Shown here: in pieces, positions 36,792 through 46,360 of the stretch
Layout: the number at the start of each line of letters is the position of its first letter
Position numbering within the stretch: the stretch's first letter is position 1
Assembly (NCBI GenBank): GCA_942491955.1
Contig: CALOCV010000015.1
Span: forward strand, 47,762-111,761
DNA from: Parachlamydiales bacterium
GTDB taxonomy: Bacteria; Chlamydiota; Chlamydiia; Chlamydiales; CALOCV01
Length of the DNA stretch: 64,000 nucleotides
Direction of reading: 5' to 3'
Notes under the pieces: generated by a model
The model's input: the letters and a program-made list of their open reading frames with translations, nothing else
Databases searched by the model: none
What the model was told of the DNA's origin: nothing
Program-made: the position numbers and the translations under genes

Positions 36792-36936
36792 TAATTAGTT
36801 TTTGAATTTACTTCGGTATCATACCAATCCTAATAAAAATAAATCGAGAGAGGGCAAAGGCACCTCTGATTGTCTTCAGTCCTTGACAAATAGAAAAGTA
36901 TCGAGTATCAATGTTGGGTTTTTGAAAGGTTAAAAC

Positions 36937-39027
36937 ATGTTTTACGGAATGTTTGCATTTATTCTTATTTGTGGCTTCATAGCCCTTTTCTTTGGTCTCC
37001 TCTTTATTCGTTCTATCTTGTCACAACCAACAGGGAATGAAGAGATGAAGCGGATTGCACAAGCAATCCAAGAGGGTGCCAATGCCTATCTCAATCGACA
37101 GTATCGCGTGATTACTTTGGTAGGCATTGTGATCTTTTTGTTGCTTACCTGGCAGCTTGGCCTCCATGTGGGTGTTGGCTTCATTATAGGAGCGGTGCTC
37201 TCTGGTCTTGCTGGATATGTTGGGATGCACGTCTCGGTTCGTGCCAACGTAAGAACAACAGAAGCTGCAAGAAAAGGATTATCACAAGCGCTTGATGTCG
37301 CCTTTCGAGCCGGTGCTGTGACGGGGTTGCTCGTCGTCGGTTTAGGCCTTTTAGGAATCACCTTTTATTTTCTCTATCTAACGCTTGCTAGGTATGATGT
37401 GCGCACCATGATGGAGTCTCTTGTTGCCTTGAGCTTTGGAGCCTCTTTGATTTCCATTTTTGCTCGTCTTGGTGGAGGCATATTCACAAAAGGAGCTGAT
37501 GTTGGAGCTGACCTCGTGGGAAAAGTGGAATCGAATATTCCCGAGGATGATCCAAGAAATCCTGCTGTCATTGCGGATAATGTTGGCGATAACGTAGGAG
37601 ATTGTGCAGGAATGGCTGCCGATCTTTTTGAGACTTATGTTGTCACTCTTGTTGGATCGATGCTACTCGCCGCGATTTTTTTTAAGGGTGCTATTCTGGA
37701 AAAATTGATTCTGTATCCTTTGGCAATAGGTGGTGTATGCATCCTGATGACCATCATTGGGACTTTTTTTGTTCGTTTAGGCAAAACAAACAACATCATG
37801 GGAGCCCTGTATAAAGGATTTTTTGCTACAGCGATTCTTTCGGCAGTTAGCATTGGTATTCTCACCTATGCGTATCTCGACAAAGGTGCATCCTACCGAG
37901 TTAACGAGACCACCTTTACCAATATGAACCTTTTCATTTGTGCCTTGACTGGCCTTTTTGTTACAGGACTTTTGATGTGGTTGACCGAGTACTACACCTC
38001 GACGAAGTATCGTCCCGTTCGGAGCATTGCATTCGCTTCTACTTCGGGACATGGGACGAATGTGATTCAAGGTCTTGCTATTTCCATGGAAGCAACCGCT
38101 TTGCCCGTTCTAGTCATTTGTGGAGGAATTCTCGTATCGTATCTCAATGCAGATCTTTTTGGTATTGCTATTGCAGCGACTTCGATGTTGGCATTAGCTG
38201 GAATGGTCGTCGCTTTGGATGCCTATGGTCCTGTAACCGACAATGCAGGAGGGATTGCAGAGATGGCGCATCTTCCTGATGAAATTCGGACAACAACGGA
38301 TGCATTGGATGCTGTTGGGAATACGACAAAAGCGGTAACAAAAGGGTATGCGATTGGATCCGCAGCCTTTGCAGCTCTTGTGCTTTTCACGGCATTCATT
38401 GAAGATTTGACCTATTATTTCCCCAATCTAGAATGTAATTTCTTTTTACAAAATCCGTATGTCGTTCTCGGGCTTTTTATTGGAGGTCTTCTTCCCTATC
38501 TCTTTGGTGGAATGAGCATGATGGCAGTCGGTCGAGCAGCTCAGGCGGTTGTTGCCGAAGTGAGGCGGCAATTTTCTGAGATCAAAGGAATTATGGAAGG
38601 GAAAGCCCGTCCCGATTATGGACAAGCGGTCGACATATTAACACGGGCAGCGATCCGTGAAATGATCGCCCCCTCCCTTCTTCCCGTTCTTGCTCCGATC
38701 CTTCTCTACATGGTGATCCATTTCATAGCGGGGCAAAAGGAAGCTCTGGTTGCTTTGGGCTCGATGCTTCTTGGTCTTGTCGTCACTGGGATCTATGTTG
38801 GCATTTCCATGACAGCAGGTGGTGGGGCATGGGATAATGCTAAAAAACTCATCGAAGATGGGCAGCACGGAGGAAAAGGAGCTGAAGCCCATAAAGCGGC
38901 TGTTACAGGAGATACTGTGGGAGATCCCTACAAAGATACTGCTGGTCCAGCTATCAATCCGATGATTAAGATTGCCAATATCGTTGCCTTGCTTCTTTTA
39001 GCGGTATTATCACAATATTTTTCGTAA
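36937..39027 (+). CDS. hppA: Membrane-bound proton-translocating pyrophosphatase
   Basis: 696 aa, about 16 TM. Motifs [20 protein letters not shown] and [21 protein letters not shown]. Confidence 0.95.
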   Translation: MFYGMFAFILICGFIALFFGLLFIRSILSQPTGNEEMKRIAQAIQEGANAYLNRQYRVITLVGIVIFLLLTWQLGLHVGVGFIIGAVLSGLAGYVGMHVSVRANVRTTEAARKGLSQALDVAFRAGAVTGLLVVGLGLLGITFYFLYLTLARYDVRTMMESLVALSFGASLISIFARLGGGIFTKGADVGADLVGKVESNIPEDDPRNPAVIADNVGDNVGDCAGMAADLFETYVVTLVGSMLLAAIFFKGAILEKLILYPLAIGGVCILMTIIGTFFVRLGKTNNIMGALYKGFFATAILSAVSIGILTYAYLDKGASYRVNETTFTNMNLFICALTGLFVTGLLMWLTEYYTSTKYRPVRSIAFASTSGHGTNVIQGLAISMEATALPVLVICGGILVSYLNADLFGIAIAATSMLALAGMVVALDAYGPVTDNAGGIAEMAHLPDEIRTTTDALDAVGNTTKAVTKGYAIGSAAFAALVLFTAFIEDLTYYFPNLECNFFLQNPYVVLGLFIGGLLPYLFGGMSMMAVGRAAQAVVAEVRRQFSEIKGIMEGKARPDYGQAVDILTRAAIREMIAPSLLPVLAPILLYMVIHFIAGQKEALVALGSMLLGLVVTGIYVGISMTAGGGAWDNAKKLIEDGQHGGKGAEAHKAAVTGDTVGDPYKDTAGPAINPMIKIANIVALLLLAVLSQYFS

Positions 39028-39034
39028 GGGTTCA

Positions 39035-40273
39035 TTGATGCGCAGAAATCCTTGCTGCCGGCATCTTGTTGGCCACTATCTTTTCCCTGAGATCGAGAGG
39101 AGGAAGCAAGAATTTTGCCAGAACCATCATCCAGAGGCTTCCCTGATTTCCTTAGGGATTGGTGATACGACGCAACCTTTGCCCAAACCGGTATCTCGTG
39201 CGATGGCAGAGATGGCTATGCAGTTAGGGGAGCCCGAGGGGTATCGAGGGTATGGTTCCTCTCAAGGGAACCTCTCTTTGAGAGAAAAGATTGCATCGAT
39301 TATTTACCAAGGTCGCGTCGAGGCTGATGAAATCTTTATTTCGGATGGATCTAAGTGTGATATTGGCCGTTTGCAACTCCTTTTTGGTTCTTCTCTTCGA
39401 ATCGGTGTTCAAGATCCATCCTATCCTGTGTATGTCGATGGATCTGTTTTAAGTGGGGGAGCAAGGGGGTATGATCCAGAAAAAAAGAGATACCAGAATA
39501 TATGCTATCTTCCTTGCACACCTACAAACAATTTTTTTCCTTCGGTAGATGATGAAGAAGAGATCGATCTGCTTTATCTCTGTTTACCAAATAATCCAAC
39601 AGGAACCGTGCTCAATCGCACACAAGTTCGCGCTTTGCTTGATTCCATTAAAAAAAAGAAAATTATCACGGTCCTCGACACCGCTTATGCTGAGTATATC
39701 CAAGAGCATGATGTTCCCAAAACATGGTACGAATGGGAGGAGGCGAAGTCTTGCGTTATCGAGACCGGCTCCTTTTCAAAAATGGCGGGTTTCACGGGGG
39801 TTCGTCTTGGTTGGGTTGTGGTTCCGAAAGCAGTGCGGTGGGAGGATGGCTCTTCTTTGTATGATGATTGGGCACGTCTGCATGGAACGATCTTTAATGG
39901 CGCCTCCAATATTGCCCAAGCAGGAGGAGAAGCCGTTCTTGATCGATTGGACACGGAGATACGGGAAAATATTGCCTACTATTTAGAAAATGCAAGGTTG
40001 TTGCGCCAATTCTTTCTCGAACAAAAAATCTCTGTTTTTGGAGGAGTCAACGCACCATTTGTTTGGGCCTCTTTTCCAGAGTTTTCCTCTTGGGAGGCTT
40101 TCCAATGGCTGTTAGAAAAAGCTCATCTTGTAACGACACCAGGAAGCGGTTTTGGTCCTCATGGAGAGGGATTCATTCGGTTCAGTGCTTTCGGAACACG
40201 AGAGAGCCTTCTCCGTGCCATTGATCGCCTTCAAAACCTCCTAAAACACCCTACACTGAGTTCAATATCATGA
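39035..40273 (+). CDS. dapL: LL-diaminopimelate aminotransferase
   Basis: 412 aa. YLFPEI...LISLGIGDTTQPLP N-terminal signature and PLP-lysine region SFSKMAGFTGVRLGW. Confidence 0.9.
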   Translation: MMRRNPCCRHLVGHYLFPEIERRKQEFCQNHHPEASLISLGIGDTTQPLPKPVSRAMAEMAMQLGEPEGYRGYGSSQGNLSLREKIASIIYQGRVEADEIFISDGSKCDIGRLQLLFGSSLRIGVQDPSYPVYVDGSVLSGGARGYDPEKKRYQNICYLPCTPTNNFFPSVDDEEEIDLLYLCLPNNPTGTVLNRTQVRALLDSIKKKKIITVLDTAYAEYIQEHDVPKTWYEWEEAKSCVIETGSFSKMAGFTGVRLGWVVVPKAVRWEDGSSLYDDWARLHGTIFNGASNIAQAGGEAVLDRLDTEIRENIAYYLENARLLRQFFLEQKISVFGGVNAPFVWASFPEFSSWEAFQWLLEKAHLVTTPGSGFGPHGEGFIRFSAFGTRESLLRAIDRLQNLLKHPTLSSIS

Positions 40274-40857
40274 AAAAAATTTGGTTCCTTTTTCCTCTCC
40301 TTCTTATCACCTTTCCTCTTCAGGGAATGGGGCTAAGTGGCATATTTAAAGGGGGGTATTTCGTCCCTCACGACAGAGAGCTTCAAGAAATTTATCATGG
40401 AGGTTTCTTTTTTGAAAGAGAAATCAACTATGCAATTACCTCCAACATCTTGACTTGGGGAAGTGCTGGTTTTTTCAGAAAATGTGGAGAACTGCACGAA
40501 ACGCATGAAAAGACGCGATTGATGCTCATTCCTGCCGGTCTTGGCTTAAAGGTGCGTCTTTCTCTTCCTCTTCTTTCCATGATTCGTTTTTATGCAGGAG
40601 GGGGAGTCCAATACATCTATGCTAGCATGAAAAATGAGTCAGAAATCGTGGAAAAGAAGATTCATAACCACGGCATTGGATGGGTTGCCAAGGGAGGAAT
40701 TCAGGTAGCTGTTGGGTTTGGCGTCGTGTGCGAAGCCTTTGCTAATTATATGGATGTGAAGGCGACATTGCGTGATGTTCATCATGGAGAAGAGGAATCT
40801 CTTAAAACAAACGTAGGTGGATGGGTTATTGGTCTCGGCGCTGGGTACGAGTTTTAG
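40270..40857 (+). CDS. Outer-membrane beta-barrel protein (small porin/OmpW-like)
   Basis: Signal peptide, alternating amphipathic strands, and C-terminal GLGAGYEF ending in Phe. ATGA overlap with the dapL stop. Confidence 0.65.
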   Translation: MKKIWFLFPLLLITFPLQGMGLSGIFKGGYFVPHDRELQEIYHGGFFFEREINYAITSNILTWGSAGFFRKCGELHETHEKTRLMLIPAGLGLKVRLSLPLLSMIRFYAGGGVQYIYASMKNESEIVEKKIHNHGIGWVAKGGIQVAVGFGVVCEAFANYMDVKATLRDVHHGEEESLKTNVGGWVIGLGAGYEF

Positions 40858-40920
40858 GTTTGTTTTAAAAGTTTATTTTTATTATAATTTCTCTAAAAAC
40901 TATTTGAATTAGGGCAAATC

Positions 40921-42314
40921 GTGAATATTCCTCTTTTTCTTCTCATCATCTGCCTATTGCAAGGGCTTTGCCTGTGGCTTGGGTCGCGAGAGGGACGCAA
41001 ATTGTCAACAAGTAAAGAATATTTTTTAGGAGGGAGAAAAATTTCTTTTTTTCCTCTTATGATGACCCTTATTGCGACCCAATTGGGAGGGGGACCATAC
41101 TGGGTTCTGCAGAAGAGGCATATCGAATCGGGTGGGGGGTTCTTTTTTTTCCTTTGGGCTATGCCTTGGGTTTCTTGGTCCTTGCACTTGGCATCGGGAG
41201 AAAAATGGCTCAATTTCCCGTTTCGACAATTGCGCAGCTATTTGAGGTCGCCTATAACTCTTCCCTGTTGAAAAAGATCGCCTCGGCTCTCTCCATTTTA
41301 TCTCTTTTCCTTGTTCTCATTACGCAAGTGCTTGCCATGAAGAAATTAATGGTCAGTCTCGGTGTTTCCAGTGAAGCACTTTTTCTTTTCTTTTGGGGCA
41401 TTGTCATCCTTTATACCGTAATGGGAGGTTTTAATGCTGTTGTTGCCACCGATGTCGTGCAAGCTCTTTTTTTTATTGCTGCCTTTGCCATCGCTTTGGT
41501 AAGCCTCTATTGGACGCAACAAACGCTTGCATGGGGCGATTTTTCTTTTCCTGAACAAGGGGGAGGAGAAGTCGTCTCTTATGCGAGTTGGATCCTCATG
41601 CCGTTGCTTTTTATGATTTTGTCCCAAGATATGGGGCAAAGATGTTTTTCTGCTCGATCGGGCAATGTCGTCTCTCTTGCCTCTGCGGGTGCGGCGATTC
41701 TTCTCTTTGTCGTCTGTTTGATTCCCATTGGTTTTGGTGTACTCGGGAAGGCGTGGGGCATCCCCATTCCTGAAGGAGGGAGTGCATTGCTTGCTGTCGT
41801 TGGAGCAACGACATCGCCCGTTGTTACGGCCATTGTCGGAGCGGGTTTATTGGCAGCAATCATCTCCACAGCCGATTCCTTACTCAATGCGATCGCTTCG
41901 AATGTCACACAAGATTTTGTATGGAAGAGAGGAGGAACGATTCTTTTTTCACGTACTATTTCCGCTGTGCGTGGGTTAGGTGCTTTAATCCTTTCTTATG
42001 CCTTTACGAATATTGTCGGTTTAATGGTCGTCAGTTATGAGCTCTCCGTCAGTTGTCTTGTCGTTCCCGTTATAGGGGCCCTGTTTCGGAAGCACAACAC
42101 GGCGATACCCGCCTTTTGCGCCATAGTGGGAGGGGTGATCGGTTTCCTTCTATTTCGTTTTTGGATCCCTCCTCTTCCTCGAGAGATCGCAACGGTTCTT
42201 CTCTCTTCTTTTGCTTATGGTCTCGGTTCTCTGCTTTCTTGGATCCGTACAAAAGACTCGCTCGAGCAAGATTTTCTCCAGCAGAAGGAAACGTCGCCTC
42301 CAGCACTTCAATGA
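40921..42314 (+). pseudogene. Sodium:solute symporter (SSF) family transporter, interrupted by a 1-nt change in a G-run
   Basis: Track ORFs 40921-41271 and 41154-42314 are two frames of one SSF gene (EYFLGGRK...ATQLGGG | TILGSAEEAYRIGWGVLFFPLGYALGF...). The frame switch is at ggggg 41089-41093. Confidence 0.8.
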
Positions 42315-42948
42315 GATCCCGTGTTTGGCGTCGTTTTGAATTTTGCCCAACAGGGCATCGGCAGACAATGCGGGCAAAACCCTGTTGTTTGGCAAAGTTA
42401 CGGATCTGTTGTTCACCGATGTAGATCAATGGACGGATGATGGTGACACCATAGTCGTGCATGGTCAGTTTGGGAAGCATGCCAGCACATTCTCCTTTGT
42501 GCAAGAGATTGAGAAGGAGGGTTTGCGCATTGTCATCGCGATGGTGTCCAAAAGCGATCGTGGTCGCGCCTATCCGTTTGGCTGCTTCAAAAAGAAGAGA
42601 GCGTCTCTTTCTTGAGCAGGGGTAGCAGGCGAGAGTCTCTCGTTGTTGGGATGCTGTTTCAATGGTGAGAGGGATATTTAGTGAAGCACAGATCGATTCG
42701 AGATAGGGAACCTCCACACCGGCGCCACAAGAAAAGGTACCCGTCACATGAACTGCGTGGAGAGAGTAGGGAGGAAAACCCCTTCCCGAGATAGCATGGA
42801 GGAGATGGAGGAGTGTTAGGCTGTCTTTCCCACCGCTGAGGGCGATGGCAACCTTCTCTACTTCCTGTACCATTTGGTAATCGTGGAGAGCTTTTCGCGT
42901 AGCACTTTCAAGTTTGCGATAGAGTTGTGTAGGGCGTGAGGAAGTCAT
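42070..42948 (-). CDS. ttcA: PP-loop ATPase, TtcA-like tRNA 2-thiocytidine biosynthesis protein
   Basis: SGGKDS PP-loop plus CxxC pairs (CYPCSRKRR, CRCPVG). The C-terminal ~80 aa are low-complexity and antisense to the symporter gene. Confidence 0.7.
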   Translation of the reverse strand: MTSSRPTQLYRKLESATRKALHDYQMVQEVEKVAIALSGGKDSLTLLHLLHAISGRGFPPYSLHAVHVTGTFSCGAGVEVPYLESICASLNIPLTIETASQQRETLACYPCSRKRRSLLFEAAKRIGATTIAFGHHRDDNAQTLLLNLLHKGECAGMLPKLTMHDYGVTIIRPLIYIGEQQIRNFAKQQGFARIVCRCPVGQNSKRRQTRDLIEVLEATFPSAGENLARASLLYGSKKAENRDHKQKKREEPLRSLEEEEGSKNEIEGNRSPLPLWRKRRVSPCCASETGPL

Positions 42949-42953
42949 TGACG

Positions 42954-43778
42954 TTAATGGGTAAAGGAATATCTGTTATCAGCTCGAATGGTTAAACCTT
43001 TCAAAAATTTCTCTTTTGATAAAATGACGTGTTTTTCTCTTGAAGGATCGATCACTTCCACACCTTCATCAGTGATGGCTTGAACAAAGACATCGGTGCC
43101 ATAGAATTTTGTAATTCCCGGGCATTTATCACGGTTAGGGAGCTTTTCTTTGTTATAGTAGCCTACAACACCTTTGAATTCTGCTAATAGAGGGGTACGT
43201 TTGATGGTATCGAGCAGATTTGTCTGAGCCGTATTCTTGAGCTTTGTCAAAGCCTCTTCATCGAAAGTTTCACCTTTTGCTTTGTAGAGAAGACGGAAAA
43301 CGTCGTATCCATCGCTTTTGAAATCGGTGTTTTTTTGATACTCGAGTTCTTTAGAAATGCTCCCTTCAGGATAGGGAGTCGTAGAAGGTGGAATTGGTGG
43401 GGTGGATGGAAGATTCCCTTGTTGAAGGATGTGTAATTGGATCTTGTCGATCAGGGTTTGTGTCGTATCGTGATAGTCCGCTGTTTGTTTCTTTGTTTGA
43501 TTGTTGATCCATTTCACAAGGCTTTTTTTATTGATGTAAAAGTCGTTATTGTGTTGATCTTGAACACGCACAACGACAGAACACAGCCCTAGCCATGCAA
43601 AACCATTGCGAAGAGCAGCCGCCCATCGATGGTGTACCCTGACTCCTCGATCATCGGATCCATTCGTCAAGCGAGCGCGTTCAGGGGAATAAATGGTAAT
43701 CGAGTGTGCATATTTGGGGATTTTATCCATGTACAAACCCTTTCGTTTGATTGTAAATGATTTTTTTTTGATTGTCAA
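42954..43778 (-). CDS. Hypothetical protein (start uncertain)
   Basis: 274-aa ORF with no recognised motif. Confidence 0.5.
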   Translation of the reverse strand: MTIKKKSFTIKRKGLYMDKIPKYAHSITIYSPERARLTNGSDDRGVRVHHRWAAALRNGFAWLGLCSVVVRVQDQHNNDFYINKKSLVKWINNQTKKQTADYHDTTQTLIDKIQLHILQQGNLPSTPPIPPSTTPYPEGSISKELEYQKNTDFKSDGYDVFRLLYKAKGETFDEEALTKLKNTAQTNLLDTIKRTPLLAEFKGVVGYYNKEKLPNRDKCPGITKFYGTDVFVQAITDEGVEVIDPSREKHVILSKEKFLKGLTIRADNRYSFTH

Positions 43779-43870
43779 AATAAGGATGTCTCATCCTCTT
43801 TTGCGATATACCAAAAACGATGAAATGATTTATACTCTTTTTCATTTAGAAAAGAACAAGTGAGCCATTC

Positions 43871-44179
43871 ATGCCTGCACAAGAGAAAATCCAACGCAAT
43901 GACCCATGTCCTTGTGGATCAGGGAAAAAATATAAGCAGTGTTGTTTGAAAAAAGAGGGGCCCAAGCGCTCTTTTAAGGCCAAAGTTCTCTCGAACCGTC
44001 CGAACCCATCTCGATCTGAAGACGAGCCCATGGCGCCTCCACTAGAACAAAAAGTCGATCTTATGGATCGTGCTTTTGGGAAGGCCTTGCAGCAGATGAA
44101 GGAGCCTTTTATTGCGAGGGAAGATGGTGAGGCAGGGGAGAGTGATCTTAAGGGGAAAATTTCGAAAAAATCAGAGTAA
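43871..44179 (+). CDS. Small SEC-C metal-binding motif protein
   Basis: N-terminal [17 protein letters not shown]. Confidence 0.7.
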   Translation: MPAQEKIQRNDPCPCGSGKKYKQCCLKKEGPKRSFKAKVLSNRPNPSRSEDEPMAPPLEQKVDLMDRAFGKALQQMKEPFIAREDGEAGESDLKGKISKKSE

Positions 44180-44226
44180 TCGCTTGTGAGGGAAAAGCTT
44201 ATTTTGTTATAAGTACTGCCGTTTTT

Positions 44227-44299
44227 GCTAGCATAGCTCAATTGGTAGAGCACCCGACTTGTAATCGGACGGTTGTGGGTTCAAGTCCTACTGCCAGCA
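44227..44299 (+). tRNA. tRNA-Thr (TGT)
   Basis: Cloverleaf: D-arm gctc aattggta gagc, anticodon loop ctTGTaa, T-arm gtggg ttcaagt cctac. One A:C mismatch in the acceptor stem. Confidence 0.85.
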
Positions 44300-44306
44300 T
44301 TTTCTT

Positions 44307-44388
44307 GGGGGTGTCGCATAGTGGCAATTGCAAGGGACTGTAAATCCCTCGACTTCGGTCTTCGTCAGTTCGAGTCTGACCGCCCCCA
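44307..44388 (+). tRNA. tRNA-Tyr (GTA), class II with long variable arm
   Basis: Acceptor gggggtg/cgccccc, anticodon arm aggga ctGTAaa tccct, variable arm cgacttcggtcttcg, T-arm gtcag ttcgagt ctgac. Confidence 0.85.
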
Positions 44389-44524
44389 AACCTAGTTCTG
44401 AGTGGGAATTTTCTTCTTTACCCACTTTCTCTAAAATCCTCCAATTACGCAAATTTTACGCACTTGATTGCAGCAAACAGCAGCTATTTTCTGTTACTTT
44501 TCTTTCAGATCATTTTATTTCTTA

Positions 44525-45124
44525 GAACCTGTTTAAAATCTTTCTAATCCTGTATAAACAATTATTTTCCAAGACAATTGTAGGTATTTTATGCCCCATT
44601 GCTATCCTAGCGATATGGATCGTGAACAGTTTAACAAAATTAAACCTCTTCTGGAATCTGCAAGAAAAAAAACACGTCCTAGAGCGGTCGACTTATATGA
44701 TGTAATTTGTGGCATTTCATATGTTTGAAAAACCAGTTTACATATGGTCATCCTTGCTTTTGTCGTTTTATTCGTAAAACAGTTTTGAACGAGTTTTTAG
44801 AAAACAAACTACCACAGAGCCCACAGAGAACACAGAGGGAGGACATATAGATTGTTTAGTGCATCCAGAAATGTCTGAAGAAGTTGTAGAGGATCAGGTA
44901 ATTATAGAAATTAAATCTGTGAATGGAATAGCTCTAATACACGAAGCACAACGACTATCTTATTTAAAGCTCTATGGAACTTGTGCCCGAGGATTGCTGA
45001 TCAATTTTAATGTGAAACGATTGGTAGAAGGCATTCGTCGAATGAAAATATAACCCTCTCTCTGTGCTCTCTGTGGGCTCTGTGGTAGTTTTTATTGCTG
45101 AGATATGTCAACCAAGTTTCTTAA
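44525..45124 (+). mobile_element. IS variant left-end fragment (44525-44750) + GxxExxY module copy 3 (44756-45124)
   Basis: Collinear with 5965-6566. The variant orfA fragment MPHCYPSDMDREQFNKIKPLLESARKKTRPRAVDLYDVICGISYV* ends in a premature stop. Confidence 0.75.
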
Positions 45125-45174
45125 GAATCTGTTTAAAATCTTTCTAATCCTGTATAAAAATTGTTTTCAAAACT

Positions 45175-45516
45175 TTGGAGGCAATGATGGCTCACTCTTA
45201 TCCAAGCGATATTTCTCGAAAGCAATTTGACAAAATCAAACCTTTGCTTGAGTCTGTGCGAAAAAAAACACGCCCTAGAACCGTAGACCTTTTTGATATT
45301 TTTTGTGGAATTTTATATGTTTTAAAAAGTGGCTGTCAGTGGCGTATGTTGCCAAAAGAATATCCTAAATGGGAACTTTGCTATTACTATTTCCAGTTAT
45401 GGAAAGAAAGCGATGATAATTCAGAAAGCATCCTTGAGAAAGTTTTAAAAAAAAATGGTTGGAGAGGTCCGACAAAACAATGGTCGGAAAGAGAAAACCA
45501 GTTTTATAATAATTGA
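45175..45516 (+). CDS. IS5-family transposase orfA (HTH part)
   Basis: 113 aa. YPSDISRKQFDKIKPLLE...GCQWRMLPKEYPKW is typical of IS5/IS427-group InsA. Confidence 0.8.
   Translation: MEAMMAHSYPSDISRKQFDKIKPLLESVRKKTRPRTVDLFDIFCGILYVLKSGCQWRMLPKEYPKWELCYYYFQLWKESDDNSESILEKVLKKNGWRGPTKQWSERENQFYNN
45447..45455 (+). promoter_or_regulatory. Probable programmed -1 ribosomal frameshift site (A9) joining orfA and orfB
   Basis: The A-run lies in the orfA/orfB overlap. A -1 slip gives ...EKVLKKKMVGEVRQNNGRKEKTSFIIIDAQSVK. Confidence 0.55.
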
Positions 45517-45976
45517 TGCGCAAAGCGTTAAAAATACCGATACAGCTGAGAGTAAAGGGTATGATGCAGGAAAAAAAATTTCAGGGATAAAACGACACAT
45601 CGCTGTAGACACCCAAGGATTACCTCATGCAATTCATATAACTACAGCAAATATTACAGATAGGAAAGGAGCGCTAGAAGCATGTTCATTGAAGAAGAGT
45701 TTTTTATCTGAAGTAAAAAACGTTTTAGCTGATGGAGGATACTCTGGAGAACCATTTTCAGATGGTATTCAAGAGATATTGGGTTGTCCAGTAGAAATAG
45801 CCAAGAGAAATGAATTGCATACTTTTAAAGTGATTCCCAAAAGATGGGTTGTGGAACGTTCTTTTAGCTGGCTTGAAAAGTGTAGAAGATTATGGAAAAA
45901 CTGTGAAAGAAAGCTAAATACTAGCTTAACTATGGTAGTCTTAGCATTTGTAGTTCTTCTTTTAAAAAGATTTTAA
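45455..45976 (+). CDS. IS5-family transposase orfB (DDE domain)
   Basis: 173 aa. IIDAQSVKNTD, ADGGYSGEPF, RWVVERSFSWLEKCRRL. Confidence 0.85.
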   Translation: MVGEVRQNNGRKEKTSFIIIDAQSVKNTDTAESKGYDAGKKISGIKRHIAVDTQGLPHAIHITTANITDRKGALEACSLKKSFLSEVKNVLADGGYSGEPFSDGIQEILGCPVEIAKRNELHTFKVIPKRWVVERSFSWLEKCRRLWKNCERKLNTSLTMVVLAFVVLLLKRF

Positions 45977-46068
45977 ACAGGTTCTAAGGGACAAAACCTT
46001 TAAACGTAAGTCCTTTTTGTCTTTTAGGTCTCTCAGGTCCTTTTCGTCCCTTTGTCCCTTTTAGTACG

Positions 46069-46148
46069 ATGAAAAGCCTTTTCCGCCCTCCCAAGGTGTC
46101 TATCAAGTCTGCTTTCCTATTCGGAAAGCGGACATTATTTTCTCTATA
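46069..46148 (+). pseudogene. Degenerate 5' remnant of a four-helix-bundle-family gene with its upstream leader repeat
   Basis: DNA similarity of 45990-46148 to 54400-54560 (…ttttcgtcccttNNgtcccttttagtacgatgaaaa…ctatcaagtNtgctttcctat…). The remnant ends in a stop after 26 codons. Confidence 0.4.
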
Positions 46149-46360
46149 GAAAAATTCTGGACAAAAAAGAATATAGATAAGAGGATGTTGTTGATTTAAA
46201 TCCATAACAAGGAGACAGGCATGGAAGTTGGTGATTGCTCATACTCTGAGGTTTATTTTGAAAATTTAGGAGATAATGCAACGAAAGATGAGGATTATTC
46301 TTATAATCATGATCCAGTTTGTCACGTTGCAAAAACGATAACATTTGAGATCCTGAAAGG

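Larger units (their letters stand above)
45125..45984 (+). mobile_element. Apparently intact IS5-family (IS427-like group) insertion sequence, ~860 bp
   Basis: IRs gaatctgtttaaaatc / gattttaaacaggttc, flanking TAA on both sides, and two overlapping ORFs with an A9 slippery run. Confidence 0.85.

Noticed and set aside
43846-44253. 135-aa minus-strand ORF starting MLYQLSYAS
   Set aside because: It begins as the antisense translation of tRNA-Thr and overlaps the better-supported SEC-C motif gene on the other strand.
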